From Macrostomum lignano (Eukaryota): a DNA stretch of 29,440 nucleotides. The position numbers and the translations under genes are program-made. Below are positions 1 through 11,845 of this stretch, piece after piece. The number at the start of each line of letters is the position of its first letter. Position 1 is the first letter of the stretch. The notes under the pieces were generated by a model. That model did no database searches. It was not told the origin of the DNA and saw only the letters and a program-made list of their open reading frames with translations. The DNA lies in contig NIVC01004986.1 of the NCBI GenBank assembly GCA_002269645.1, positions 1 to 29,440 on the forward strand. The letters run 5' to 3'.

Positions 1-144
1 GCAGGCTTGTGCAGCGCATTTGATTATTACCTGTAGAAGCCAAATAGGCTGATTTATCTCTCTGAAGAAGTTCTGCAGTTTCCTAGGTTGTTATTAAAAC
101 TGTCTATATCATCACTCTTGTCTTTCTGCTCTCCCTACGCCTCT

Positions 145-1410
145 TCACACTCCTCTCTACACCTTTTCCCCCTCTCCTCTACACCCTCTCCTTCCTCTCT
201 ATACTCTCCCCTCTCCTCTCTACTCTCCCTCTCCTCTCTACTCTCTCCTCTCCTCTCTACACTCTCTCTCCTCTCTACACTCTCTCCTCCTCCCTCTACA
301 CTCTCCCCTCTCCTCTCTACACTCTCCTCCTCTCTTCTCTACACTCTCTCCCTCTTCTCCTCTCTACACTCTCCCCCTCTCTCCTCTACACTCTCCCCTC
401 TCCTCCTACACTCTCCTCCTCTCCTCTACACTCTCCTCTCCTCTCTACACTCTCTCCTCCTCTCCTACACTCTCCCCCTCTCCTCTCTACACTCTCCTCC
501 TCTCTTCTCTACACTCTCTCCTCTTCTCCTCTCTACACTCTCCCCCTCTCCTCTCTACACTCTCCCCTCTCCTCTACACTCTCCCCCTCTCCTCTCTACA
601 CTCTCCCCCTCTCCTCTCTACTCTCTCCTCTCCTCTCTACACTCTCCTCTCCTCTCTACACTCTCCTCCTCTCTCTACACTCTCCCCTCTCCTCTCTACA
701 CTCTCCCCCTCTCCTCTACTCTCTCCTCTCTCTCTACACTCTCCTCTCCTCTCTACACTCTCCTCTCTTCTCTACACTCTCCTCTCCTCTCTACACTCTC
801 CTCTCCTCTCTACACTCTCCCCTCTCCTCTCTACACTCTCCCCTCTCCTCTCTACACTCTCCTCCTCTCCTCTACACTCTCCTCTCCTCTCTACACTCTC
901 TCCTCCTCTCCTCTACACTCTCCCCCTCTCCTCTCTACACTCTCCTCCTCTCTTCTCTACACTCTCTCCTCTTCTCCTCTCTACACTCTCCCCCTCTCCT
1001 CTCTACACTCTCCCCCTCTCCTCTCTACACTCTCCTCCTCTCCTCTACACTCTCCCCCTCTCCTCTCTACACTCTCCCCTCTCCTCTCTACTCTCTCCTC
1101 TCTCTCTACACTCTCCTCTCCTCTCTACACTCTCCTCCTCTCCTCTACACTCTCCCCCTCTCCTCTCTACACTCTCCCCCTCTCCTCTCTACTCTCTCCT
1201 CTCTTCTCTACACTCTCCTCTCCTCTCTACACTCTCCTCTCTTCTCTACACTCTCCTCTCCTCTCTACACTCTCCTCTCCTCTCTACACTCTCCTCCTCT
1301 CCTCTCTACACTCTCAGCCTCTCCCCTCTACACTCTCAGCCTCTCCTCTCTACACTCTCAGCCTCTCCTCTCTACACTCTCAGCCTCTCCTCTCTACACT
1401 CTCTCTCTGC
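145..1410. repeat. CT-rich degenerate tandem array (core ctctctacactctc) in the intron upstream of afadin-like exon A
   Basis: About 1.25 kb almost purely C/T with recurring 'ctacactctc'; G nearly absent on the + strand. Confidence 0.95.
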
Positions 1411-1584
1411 ACCTTCCTCTTTCCATTCTACACCCTCCTCTGTACCTTCTTCCCCTCTTTACCTTTCTCTATCCCTGTCCCTCCATCTCAACTAGTCCTA
1501 CATAAACACGGCCTTCATAATCTTACAATCTAAAATATTTTTTTCGATACATATCGCCATCGTTTTTCTTAACCTACCCAACAG

Positions 1585-2019
1585 ATCCGAGCGATGCGCC
1601 TTCGTGAAGTTCGCGAAACAGTGGAAAGAAACGCCGCCCGTCGTGAAGCCCAAGAAGAGGCCGAACGGCGCCAGCGCGCTGCCGAGGCCGCCCAGCGCCA
1701 GCGCGAATCACTCGAACTGTACGAGCGCGAACGACAAGTAGAGAAGCAGCGCGAGGAGGCGCGCCAAGCCGAAAGAATGCGCCAACACGAGGAGTGGCTT
1801 CGCGATCAGCAGCGCCGCAGCGGCCTCGGCAGATACAGCGGCGCCGCCGATGACGATGACGATGAATCGACCTCGTCGTCTTCATCGTCCGAGGATGGGG
1901 AGGAAGACCAGGCCCAGGCCAGTCGCGAGCGGGAGCGTCAAAGAACTCTCGAGCGGGAGCGTCGGCAGCAGGAGGAGGCGGAGCTTAAACGGAAATTGCA
2001 GCAGCAGCAACTGCAGCAG
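1585..2019 (+). CDS. AFDN: Afadin/canoe-like gene, internal exon A (E/R/Q-rich helical region, acidic-Ser patch)
   Basis: Acceptor ccaacag|ATC at 1584/1585 and donor CAG|gttggg at 2019/2020; 145 codons IRAMRLREVRETVERN...LQQQQLQQ, phase 0-0; splices in frame to the exons below. Confidence 0.75.
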
Positions 2020-2039
2020 GTTGGGCTGAGGCACTGTCG

Positions 2040-2640
2040 GTTCAGGCTGTGAGATTGTAGGTTCAGGCTGTGAGATTGTAGGTTCAGGCTGTGAGATTGT
2101 CTGTTCAGGCTGTGAGATTGTAGGTTCAGGCTGTGAGATTGTAGGTTCCGGCTGTGAGACTGTAGATTCAGGCTGTGAGATTGTAGGTTCAGGCTGTGAG
2201 ATTGTCTGTTCAGGCTGTGAGACTGTAGGTTCAGGCTGTGAGACTGTAGGTTCAGGCTGTGAGATTGTAGGTTCAGGCTGTGAGATTGTAGGTTCAGGCT
2301 GTGAGATTGTCGGTTCAGGCTGTGAGATTGTAGGTTCAGGCTGTGAGATTGTAGGTTCAGGCTGTGAGACTGTAGGTTCAGGCTGTGAGATTGTAGGTTC
2401 AGGCTGTGAGACTGTAGGTTCAGGCTGTGAGACTGTAGGTTCAGGCTGTTAGACTGTAGGTTCAGGCTGTGAGATTGTAGGTTCAGGCTGTGAGATTGTC
2501 GGTTCAGCCCTTCAGACTGTAGGTTCAGCCCTTCAGACTGTAGGTTCAGCCCTTCAGACTGTAGGTTCAGTCCTTCAGACTGTAGATTCAGCCCTTCAGA
2601 CTGTAGGTTCAGCCCTTCAGACTGTAGATTCAGCCCTTCA
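2040..2640. repeat. 21-bp intronic minisatellite (gttcaggctgtgagattgtag), switching to variant gttcagcccttcagactgtag near 2500
   Basis: About 28 tandem units read directly. Confidence 0.95.
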
Positions 2641-2724
2641 GGCTAGAGTTTTCCAGGCTGTTGAGTTCAAGAGCATTCAAGTTGTGACATCAAGGTTCAC
2701 AATTGTTCTCAAATGTAATTTCAG

Positions 2725-2781
2725 GAAGAATCTGAACGCCGTCGCAAGCAAGACGAATCGGAGCGTCTACTTAGACAAGTA
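2725..2781 (+). CDS. AFDN: Afadin-like exon B (EESERRRKQDESERLLRQV)
   Basis: Acceptor tttcag|GAA and donor GTA|gtaagt (alternative donor 3 nt upstream at 2778); phase 0-0. Confidence 0.7.
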
Positions 2782-2864
2782 GTAAGTTGACGAATTCCCA
2801 TTTTTAAACTAGATTTGAATACAGGCTGCAGAAACTTTATTTGTCGTCTGTGAACTTTCTACAG

Positions 2865-2927
2865 GAGGAAGACCAAAGGCGAAAGCAGGCAGAACGAGAG
2901 GCTTCGGAACGCGAAAAAATGCAAAGA
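2865..2927 (+). CDS. AFDN: Afadin-like exon C (EEDQRRKQAEREASEREKMQR)
   Basis: Acceptor ttctacag|GAG and donor AGA|gtgagc; 21 codons, phase 0-0. Confidence 0.72.
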
Positions 2928-3196
2928 GTGAGCGCTCGCTAATTTGCATATAGTGACGAAAAAAGGAACTGAAATGTTTTATGCGCTTCTAGTTAGCAGT
3001 TTGTGTTTAATTAATTTGCTAATTCTAATAAAGTTGTTAAAATCCTTTATTGGTAAGGATTTCACTTTCTTAGTAGTAGTGAAACAGAGAAAGCTTTGTT
3101 TATTTAAGGTGTAAATTCCAGGCTAAACTTTTGTGACTAACTGTTTTCTATTATACGAGTACTTACTTTACTATTTAAAGTAAGCCTGGAAGCAAA

Positions 3197-3735
3197 AAGC
3201 TCTTGACCAAAACCGCTCTTGACCAAAACCGCTCTTGACCAAAACAACTCCTGACCAAAACCACTCCTGACCAAACCCACTCCTGACCAAAACTACTAAC
3301 CAAAGCCACTCCTGACCAAAACTACTGACCAAAACTACTCCTGACCAAAACCGCTCCTGATCAAAACTACTCCTGACCAAAACCGCTCCTGACCAAAACT
3401 ACTCCTGACCAAAACTACTCCTGACCAAAACCGCTCCTGACCAAAACTACTCCTGACCAAAACCACTCCTGACCAAACCACTCCTGACCAAAACTACTCC
3501 TGACCAAACCCACTCCTGACCAAAACTACTCCTGACCAAACCCACTCCTGACCAAAACCACTCCTGACCAAAACCACTCCTGACCAAAACTACTCCTGAC
3601 CAAAACCACTCCTGACCAAAACTACTCCTGACCAAACCCACTCCTGACCAAAACCACTCCTGACCAAACCCACTCCTGACCAAAACTACTCCTGACCAAA
3701 CCCACTCCTGACCAAACCCACTCCTGACCAAAACT
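3197..3735. repeat. About 17-bp intronic minisatellite (ctcctgaccaaaac[ta/ca/cg])
   Basis: About 30 tandem units ending about 20 bp before the exon D acceptor. Confidence 0.95.
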
Positions 3736-3755
3736 GTCATTAAAAAACCGCTCAG

Positions 3756-4025
3756 GAAGCCGCCGCGGAGCGCCGCCGTCAGGAGGACGCCGAGTTGGCC
3801 GCGGCCGCCGCCGAAACGGAGCGTCGCCGCCTTCTAGCCGAGGCCGAGGAGGAAGAGCGGCTTCGTCGCCAGATGGAAGAGGAATGGCGCCGCAAAGATG
3901 AAGAACGAATGCGCCGATTTCGCGAACTCGAAGCCCAGCAACAACAGTTGGAGCAGTCTCGAAAGCGCCAGTCCGAGGATCAGGAGGAGCTGGAAAGACA
4001 GGCCCGACTGCGTCAGATACTGCAG
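3756..4025 (+). CDS. AFDN: Afadin-like exon D (EAAAERRRQEDAELAAAAAETERRR...RLRQILQ)
   Basis: Acceptor ccgctcag|GAA and donor CAG|gtattc; 90 codons, phase 0-0; in frame with track ORF 3795. Confidence 0.78.
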
Positions 4026-4654
4026 GTATTCCCGCCGTTTCAGAATTGGAAAAGTCATGACCTTAAATGTTATTTTTGTGAAATGTGTGCCACCCCAGCC
4101 CCAGGGGGGGGGGGGGGTAGGGGCATAGCCTAATGGTCTACCCGTTAAAAAAGATACCGTAACAAGCACGACAAGCATCACAAGCGCATCCTGTGAGTTG
4201 TAGAATCGTAAAATAGTCGCGAAAAAAGCCGTCCAAGAATCGTTGTGTCTGCGCTTGACTTTCTACTAGCTCAGTAGGCTAGTCAGCGCACTTGCTTTAA
4301 ACACAACAACGATTCTAGCACGCCTCAGATACGACTCTACGACCCCAGATTCGAATTGATTCTTGGGGGACTCTTTTGTCAACTTTTCGGCAACTTTTAC
4401 CTTCACATCACTCAATGACTCAACAACTCAACGACTTCTTGGCCTCTGATATGCAATATTGGAATCTCGGCTTGGCTCTTCTCGTGCTATTAACGCCTTT
4501 GAATTGTACATGCCTGACGATAAATAAAGTAGGGTCGCTGTACACTCCTGTGTGAGTGTGTGCCTGCTCAGGGGGGTCGGCGAAATGGGCAGCAATGCCT
4601 CTCGCCGGTTGAGCGACAAGGTCGCTTAAAGTGCACCGTTAACCCTTCTTGCAG

Positions 4655-5173
4655 GCTCGCGGCTCTACAGCTGGCGGAGTGACTGCCGCCCCGCCACCGC
4701 CGCCGTCCTCCACTATCCCTAAAAAGTCGGTCAGCTTCGATAAAAATCTGAATAATAGCGGCACCACAGCGTCGGAGCATAATCACGAAGACATTGTTCG
4801 AGTACAGCGGCCATCAGTAATGCCGCCGCCTCCGCCGCCGGTGAAGCCGAAGCCGAAGCCCACTAATTCGTCTTCTCGGCCGACTAGCGGCTATTTCGAC
4901 TACTCGGCACCTCAGCAGCAGCCGCCGCAGTCTGTGACAGTAATCGGCGCCCAGGAGGTCTATCGGGATCCGCTGTTGCGCGGCGCCAATCGTCAACAAC
5001 GTCGCGACGTTGACGGCGACGCCGGGGTAGAGCGGTTGAGTTTTCACGACAAAATGCGCCGATTCGCTGGCGGCGACGAGTCCAATATTATCCAGTATAG
5101 CGAGCGCAGCAAGGCTAGCAGCGCCCAGCGGATGTTCGACCGGCCCGATGACTACGACGAGGAGGGCAATTAA
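4655..5173 (+). CDS. AFDN: Afadin/canoe-like terminal exon (Pro-rich plus C-terminal F-actin-binding region)
   Basis: Acceptor cttgcag|GCT, stop TAA at 5171-5173. Motifs KKSVSFD, VIGAQEVYRDP, ERLSFHDKMRRF and SKASSAQR match my recollection of afadin/canoe C-termini (TPGVIGAQEVYRDPR; LSFKEKMKMF / LTFKERQRLF; KVKASRK). Confidence 0.78.
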   Translation, partial: ARGSTAGGVTAAPPPPPSSTIPKKSVSFDKNLNNSGTTASEHNHEDIVRVQRPSVMPPPPPPVKPKPKPTNSSSRPTSGYFDYSAPQQQPPQSVTVIGAQEVYRDPLLRGANRQQRRDVDGDAGVERLSFHDKMRRFAGGDESNIIQYSERSKASSAQRMFDRPDDYDEEGN

Positions 5174-5309
5174 ACTTTAGGTTTATTATTAGTAATGGAA
5201 ATTCATTTTTAATTCGATTCCGCATATTCATCAAGTTTAAAACAAAGCGCCCGAGAAATGTTATAAGGGTTATCTGAAAGTTATAGATTTTATGGGAAGA
5301 ATAATCGAT

Positions 5310-5935
5310 TTTTTTACCGGTAAAAGTTATCGTTTTTCATTTTATCGGTAAAACTATCGATTTTCATTTTATCGGTAAAATAATCGATTTTCATTTTATC
5401 GTTAAAATTATCGATTTTCATTTTATCGTTAAAATTATCGATTTTCATTTTATCGGTAAAACTATCGATTTTGATTTTATAGGTAAAATTATCGATTTTC
5501 ATTTTATCGTTAAAATTATCGATTTTCATTTTATCGGTAAAACTATCGATTTTGATTTTATCGGTAAAATAATCGATTTTCATTTTATCGTTAAAATTAT
5601 CGATTTTCATTTTATCGGTAAAACTATCGATTTTGATTTTATCGGTAAAATTATCGATTTTCATTTTATCGGTAAAACTATCGATTTTGATTTTATCGGT
5701 AAAATTATCGATTTTCATTTTATCGTTAAAATTATCGATTTTCATTTTATCGGTAAAACTATCGATTTTGATTTTATCGGTAAAATTATCGATTTTCATT
5801 TTATCGGTAAAACTATCGATTTTCATTTTATCGGTAAAATAATCGATTTTCATTTTATCGTTAAAATTATCGATTTTCATTTTATCGGTAAAACTATCGA
5901 TTTTGATTTTATAGGTAAAATAATCTATTTTCATT
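5310..5935. repeat. 27-bp AT-rich minisatellite (ttttatcggtaaaattatcgattttca) downstream of the afadin-like stop
   Basis: About 23 tandem units; the unit length is a multiple of 3, which creates the spurious 206-aa minus-strand ORF. Confidence 0.95.
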
Positions 5936-8122
5936 TTGCCAGTGACATTATCGATTTAGTTTTATCAAATGAAAATGATCGATTTTATCGATTCTTGGAT
6001 CATTACAGTGCCATCGATTTTTATTTTGTCGGTAAAATTATCGATTTCATAATTGGTAGTTTCATATTTAGCGTGAATATAATGCAAAATAATAATTCTC
6101 AAAATAGCCGCTGATTTAACGATATATTTTATTAATTTATCTGCGAGAAAGTTTTGAACTCTAAAGTCCAGATTCCAGAAGCAACACACTTCCACATACG
6201 GTAGTCGGACTTTTTCACTTAATCATAATTTGATCACCTCGCTGTTGCTGCTTTTCGCAGTTTGTTTTTAAATAATTAATGAAACTTTTCGTTGAGGAAA
6301 AATCATCAACTGCACTTTTAAATATAGCCTAAGACTACTCATTCCGTGCGTTTCTAAGAATAGTTATGTAGTCTTTAGCCCCGTATCTGGCTATTTTTAT
6401 TATTATTTTTAAAAAGTAACTTCACTACTCTGGCAGTAGTATGTTCATTGTGTCAAGTGTAATATTATCTAATTTTTACAGTGTTTTTTTTCAATCCAAC
6501 ATTTTGATCATTAAGTGCTAATTAGTGAAATTTGTTAATAAAAAGGCTGTGTATTTTACGACAAAATCGTATCTATTCCACACGCGTTATTTTCTATTGC
6601 CCGTCAATTAGTTCAGCCTTCAATACAATAATATTCATAAATATTTTAATAGTTATGTTTGCAATCACTTTTTATATTATTATTATTTTACTGACCGTCA
6701 TTGCCACAAACTCTGTTTTTTCTGTCTCTGTTGCTCAATTCGCCTGGAAATTGCACGGATAAACATGCACTCCGCATATACTACTTACGATTACCAATTT
6801 GTCAGCTTTGTGTAGAACTAATTTTCGCTTTATTTAAAATGCTGTTTTCTGGTTTTGATTTTCGATAACACAACTATGGCACAAACAACAAAGATCGTCT
6901 GATTTTTGAGTCTTTGTCCTGCTGTTAAACTGTATTTTAAATTTAGTTATTGAAAAATTGCTTATTTTGTACATGTGTTTTATAGTTTTCTGTCCTTTGT
7001 GTGTTTTCGCATAAAATAACCCAGTATTTTCTTTATAAATAACCATATTATTAAAATATATAGCAGTACTATAAAGCTTGTTTCCAGTTGTGCACCTCCA
7101 AGCACTGCTGCCGCTAACGGGACCACGTATTGCATTGAACAATGTGACCTTACATGTAATCCCTTCACCCTGTACCTGATTCTCACGCTCTTAAAAAACT
7201 CTTTTATATGCATAGAAATTGCTTACTCTAACCAATAATGATCATTAATAAATAATACTAGAACCCGCATATACTACTTGCGCTTCGCATAAAAACCACT
7301 AGCGTATTATTAAAAACGGTTGGCCTATTTAAGAGGCAAATCGTTCAATTACTGGGTGATAATTTTCTTAGTAGCTTATCTATTAGCGTATAATGGCTGC
7401 ACAATTTAACCTGTGTAAAATTTTATTGCTTAATTATTTACGCGCACAATGATTAACTCGAAATTGTTCCAATTAACTGTTTGTTCAATCGTTCGCTTTG
7501 CTGGGCGATTAAAATATAAAAATTTCTCTACTGCCTGGCCGTATTTATAGCGTCGCCATAATTTTTGTTTCTGATTTTGTCTTAGTAGCTTATCGTGTAC
7601 AGAGCAGGCCATTGTGAACCTCGTTTAACGATTAATTGGTAAAGCATCGCTTTGCTTACTACTTTATTTATTTTAAATTTAATTGCAACGGGAAGTAGTA
7701 CGTATAGTAGTGAGTAGTAGTGAAAAGAAAATTTATTTAAAAGGCTGGTAATCTGATAGCAAATTCTAAATTATAAGTCGTAATGTAACACATTACAAAA
7801 TTATACTTAAAGTACAATAGAATCCGGGACTACTACTAATTATAGTGTCCTTTATATATAGCGAGTGGTCTTATAATTTGAGTAGAACTGGAAGTAAAAC
7901 TAGGCCGATGAGCCCGTAAAGCATCTTAGTTTCGTAGTGGAAAACTAGTAGTACATGTACACACCCGGAGTCCACTTATGCTTGTGGTTTTATAATCTCT
8001 TTTACACTGGATATAATTAGCTAGGCGATTGTTTTTACCAGAGTTGTGATATGATATGAGTTGCCACTGAACGCAATATCTATTCCTGTCATTCTAGCGC
8101 TGTATGTTAAATTTACCACGAA

Positions 8123-8813
<691 letters not shown>

Positions 8814-9294
8814 CAATATCTATTCCTGTCATTCTAGCGCTGTATGTTAAATTTACCACGAAACACTACAGCGAATTTCACTGGGGCTAGAGGGGGCAGC
8901 TAAGGCTAAGCCCAACTTTTCCATTGGTCATTTGTTACCGCAAAACTTTTTTGCTATTGGGGAAGCCAAAGAAACAGTACTAATTCGATTTTAATATAGT
9001 TTTATAAAAATAATAATTTAACATTACTTTTTAGGACATATAAAATTTATTGAAACGATTTGTAAACGAATATTGTTAGGAATAGCTTTTGTTGTTGTTG
9101 TTATACTGAAAGAAGCAAAATTTTTAAATTATATTGTAGTCAGTATTTTGTTCGTTTGATTTCGTTTAAGTCGTAATCTGAATCATTATTATGCTAATAG
9201 ACTGAACCTGCTATGCCCAAATACCTACTTATTAACACTATGTGTTGAGATATTTTAGTCAAATCGCTTATAACAATTATTAACTAAAAAAATC

Positions 9295-9319
9295 ATGGCA
9301 GCTAATCGAAAGTTGTTAG
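9295..9319 (+). CDS. CNOT3: CNOT3 exon 1 (MAANRKLL, 25 nt, phase-1 intron)
   Basis: aatcATGGCAGCTAATCGAAAGTTGTTAG|gtgagt; resembles the CNOT3 start MADKRKLQG; joins exon 2 to give ADVEKTLKKIGEG. Confidence 0.82.
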
Positions 9320-9521
9320 GTGAGTCAATTTTTCTAAAGTATTTTGTAGAAGTTAGTCAACCTTCTATTATATTTTCATTTTTAGTCTTGAAAATATTCA
9401 CAATACGTGCCAAAAGTTGCACTAAACTATTGTCAAGACATATACCCTGGGTTTTTGGACCATAAGGGTTTTTTGGCCCCTTGAAAATCTTATTGGCAAC
9501 TATATTTCTTGTATCAGAGGC

Positions 9522-9703
9522 CAGTAGCGCAACCAGAAATTTTTTGAGGGGGGGCGGATTCTGGAAGGTAAAGTCCCGGGAAGGGGGGGGCGGAGGGTGG
9601 CTCTATTTTTGGCGAATTCGCTTGGTCCCCCTTCGATTTTTTTTAGGTCTCTACCTAAGGGGGGGCAACCGCCCCCTGCCCCCCCCCCCTGGTTGCGCCA
9701 CTG
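9522..9703. mobile_element. 182-bp hAT-type MITE
   Basis: TIRs cagtagcgcaaccag / ctggttgcgccactg (14/15 match); perfect 8-bp TSD tcagaggc at 9514-9521 and 9704-9711. Confidence 0.9.
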
Positions 9704-10583
9704 TCAGAGGCCAATCTGACATGCCAGTTGCCAATTTCAAAAAATGATTTTTAAATGTAATAAAAGTGCCATATGACTCAATATGATGAAACTGTTAGTT
9801 TGTTATTGTTTGCAGCATAGATAGTAATCTTAGAGTTAAAAGAACAAATTTTTACTTTTCCAAAATATCCATCCTAAAGAATTAGGCTAGTTGCTAATGT
9901 GCAACCAAAAATAGTCATTGGCAACTGGATTTTGAGCCCCAAGGCCTAGGGCCAGCTGGCAACTGGATTTTCAACCTTAAAAAACCCAGATGTACTAGTC
10001 AGTCAGTCACTATCCATGTGGATACTAGAATAATATTGCTCTTACTCTTATAGCCATAGGGCAATTTCCTATTCAATGTTGCTATAATGCATTATTTTGC
10101 TTTTTAGATCCTTTTAACTTAGTCTTTCTAAGTCTATATGTTTTTTGAACAATAGCATATTAATGGCGTATGACTAAGACTGCCACAACTATTACTGGCT
10201 ACTAGTATTGGGAAGGAGCTACCAATCTTCTAGCATTGCTATTCCTCTCATTAGCTTCTTTCTTGCAGTCTTGTCCTACTGGCTCTCTTACCATTTGTCT
10301 CCTTTCTAGCACTATCTAATAATATATTAAGCCAAATTTCTCCCTTAACTCCCCCCAAGTATGGTAGTCTTTGTGTGTGGTAGGCCTAGTCTTAGTCCTA
10401 GTCTTAGTCCTACACCATATTAACTGCTTTCCTTTTTCACATATTATACATTTGAAATAATAATAGTATAAAAATTAAAATACTAATAAAAAAAATAATC
10501 ACTTTTTTTATAGAACAGAAGTGCAATAATCAATGTATCAATATTTTATTGTCTATTTTTATCTATTTTTTATTCCTATTTTT

Positions 10584-11404
10584 TAGTGTTCCACCGTAAG
10601 GAGGGTCCATGTACCGTAGCCATAGCTGTAAACAAAACTATGGCTTATTCCAATTCTCAGTATTCCGTAGCCATAGGTACCCAAAAATTACCATATTCCC
10701 ATAGTTCCCATAGCCATAGCCATAGGTTTAACAAAAAGTCTAAAAAATAAAATATCTTGAATCAAGATGATAACCTAGTGCTTAAACAACTGCAAATTAA
10801 ATTAGAAAATAAAAGAAACACTCGGTTACCTTTAAGATTATATTTCTTTTTTTTCAGAGCAACAATACTTAATTATTACTGAAAGTACTAATGCTAAACT
10901 TTTTCATATTAATAAAAATTAGAGTTAGCTAGTGTTTTTTGTATTTTTTTAGGTATATTTTATAAGTTTCTAGGTTGATAATACAGTTTACTAAAAGTAT
11001 CTTTGTTTAACTCTACCTGTTCCTAATATTTTTTTTCAATTTTTAACATTAATAACTATTGCTATGGGAATCTACAGAATGTGACAGCAACTACCATATT
11101 TCTTTGGTCATAGCCGCAAGAGCAGCTAGCTACCGTAGGCATATCCATACATGCGCAACTTTGGGAATCACCCGGCCGTTTCTGTTGGCAATACATACAT
11201 GTAAGTCGCTATTGGCTGAGAGCAGTCACGTGACTACTATTCCATCCAATAGCGACTTACATGTGTGTGTTGCCAATAGAAACGGCCGAGTGAATCCCAA
11301 GGTTGCGCCCAAGCATGGGCATATCTGTAGCTGCCATAGGCACCTATTTTACCATATTTGCCATAGGATCCCGTAGCCGTAGCTACAGCTACGGCGGAAC
11401 ACTA
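10584..11404. mobile_element. Non-autonomous hAT-type element with subterminal ccRtag repeats, carrying a nested MITE
   Basis: TIRs tagtgttccaccgta / tacggcggaacacta (14/15 match); perfect 8-bp TSD ctattttt at 10576-10583 and 11405-11412. Confidence 0.85.
11146..11317. mobile_element. 172-bp palindromic MITE, copy 1 (nested)
   Basis: About 60-bp inverted arms around central agtcacgtgact; CAT...ATG ends; 8-bp TSD ggcatatc at 11138-11145 and 11318-11325. Confidence 0.82.
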
Positions 11405-11598
11405 CTATTTTTTCAGTATAAAGTCAATATGTTTACTTCTTAAGTTAAACAAGAAATAAGATATATCCAAATATGTTTTAGTATTTTATGTAAATGTAAA
11501 GATTTAGCAGTTTAATGCTCTGTTCGTTTGAGTCAATTGAGTCATTAAAAAGTCTTAAAATAATTGCATTTCTGGTTTTGTATATTTATAGATTAAAT

Positions 11599-11768
11599 CA
11601 TGCTTGGGTGCCACCTTGGGATTCACTTGGCCATTTCTATTGGCAACACACATGTATGTCACTATTGGATAGAATAATAGTCACGTGACTACTCTTAGCC
11701 AATAGTGACTTATATGTGTGTGTTGCCAATAAAAATGGCCGGGTGATTCCCAAGGTTGTACATGTATA
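11599..11768. mobile_element. 170-bp palindromic MITE, copy 2 (opposite orientation to copy 1)
   Basis: Aligns end to end with the reverse complement of copy 1; flanks gattaaat / gatgaaat (7/8 TSD). Confidence 0.82.
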
Positions 11769-11845
11769 GATGAAATTGGGGTTTCCAGGTTCTAGAAAAA
11801 TGTGTTTTGTTATAACAAAACTAAGTTATATATACATATTGTTAA

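Noticed and set aside
88-1533. 481-aa L/S/P-rich ORF
   Set aside because: Translation of the CT array, which cannot form stops without G/A combinations; it lies in an intron
3171-3740. Minus ORFs with SGFGQEW repeats
   Set aside because: Minisatellite translation
4262-4370. tRNA-like A box (tagctcagtagg) with a weak B box (gattcgaat)
   Set aside because: No cloverleaf could be folded and the spacing is too long; at most a SINE remnant
5314-5934. 206-aa minus ORF (MKIDNFTDK)n
   Set aside because: Product of a 27-bp (multiple of 3) minisatellite; no unique coding sequence
7255-7290. Helitron-like 3' end on the minus strand (gcgaagcg...gcgggttctag-t)
   Set aside because: The hairpin is only about 4 bp and there is no matching 5' end or second copy
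9446-9992. Possible host DNA element around the 9522 MITE (ctgggtttt / aaaacccag)
   Set aside because: Only a 9-10-bp inverted match and no convincing TSD
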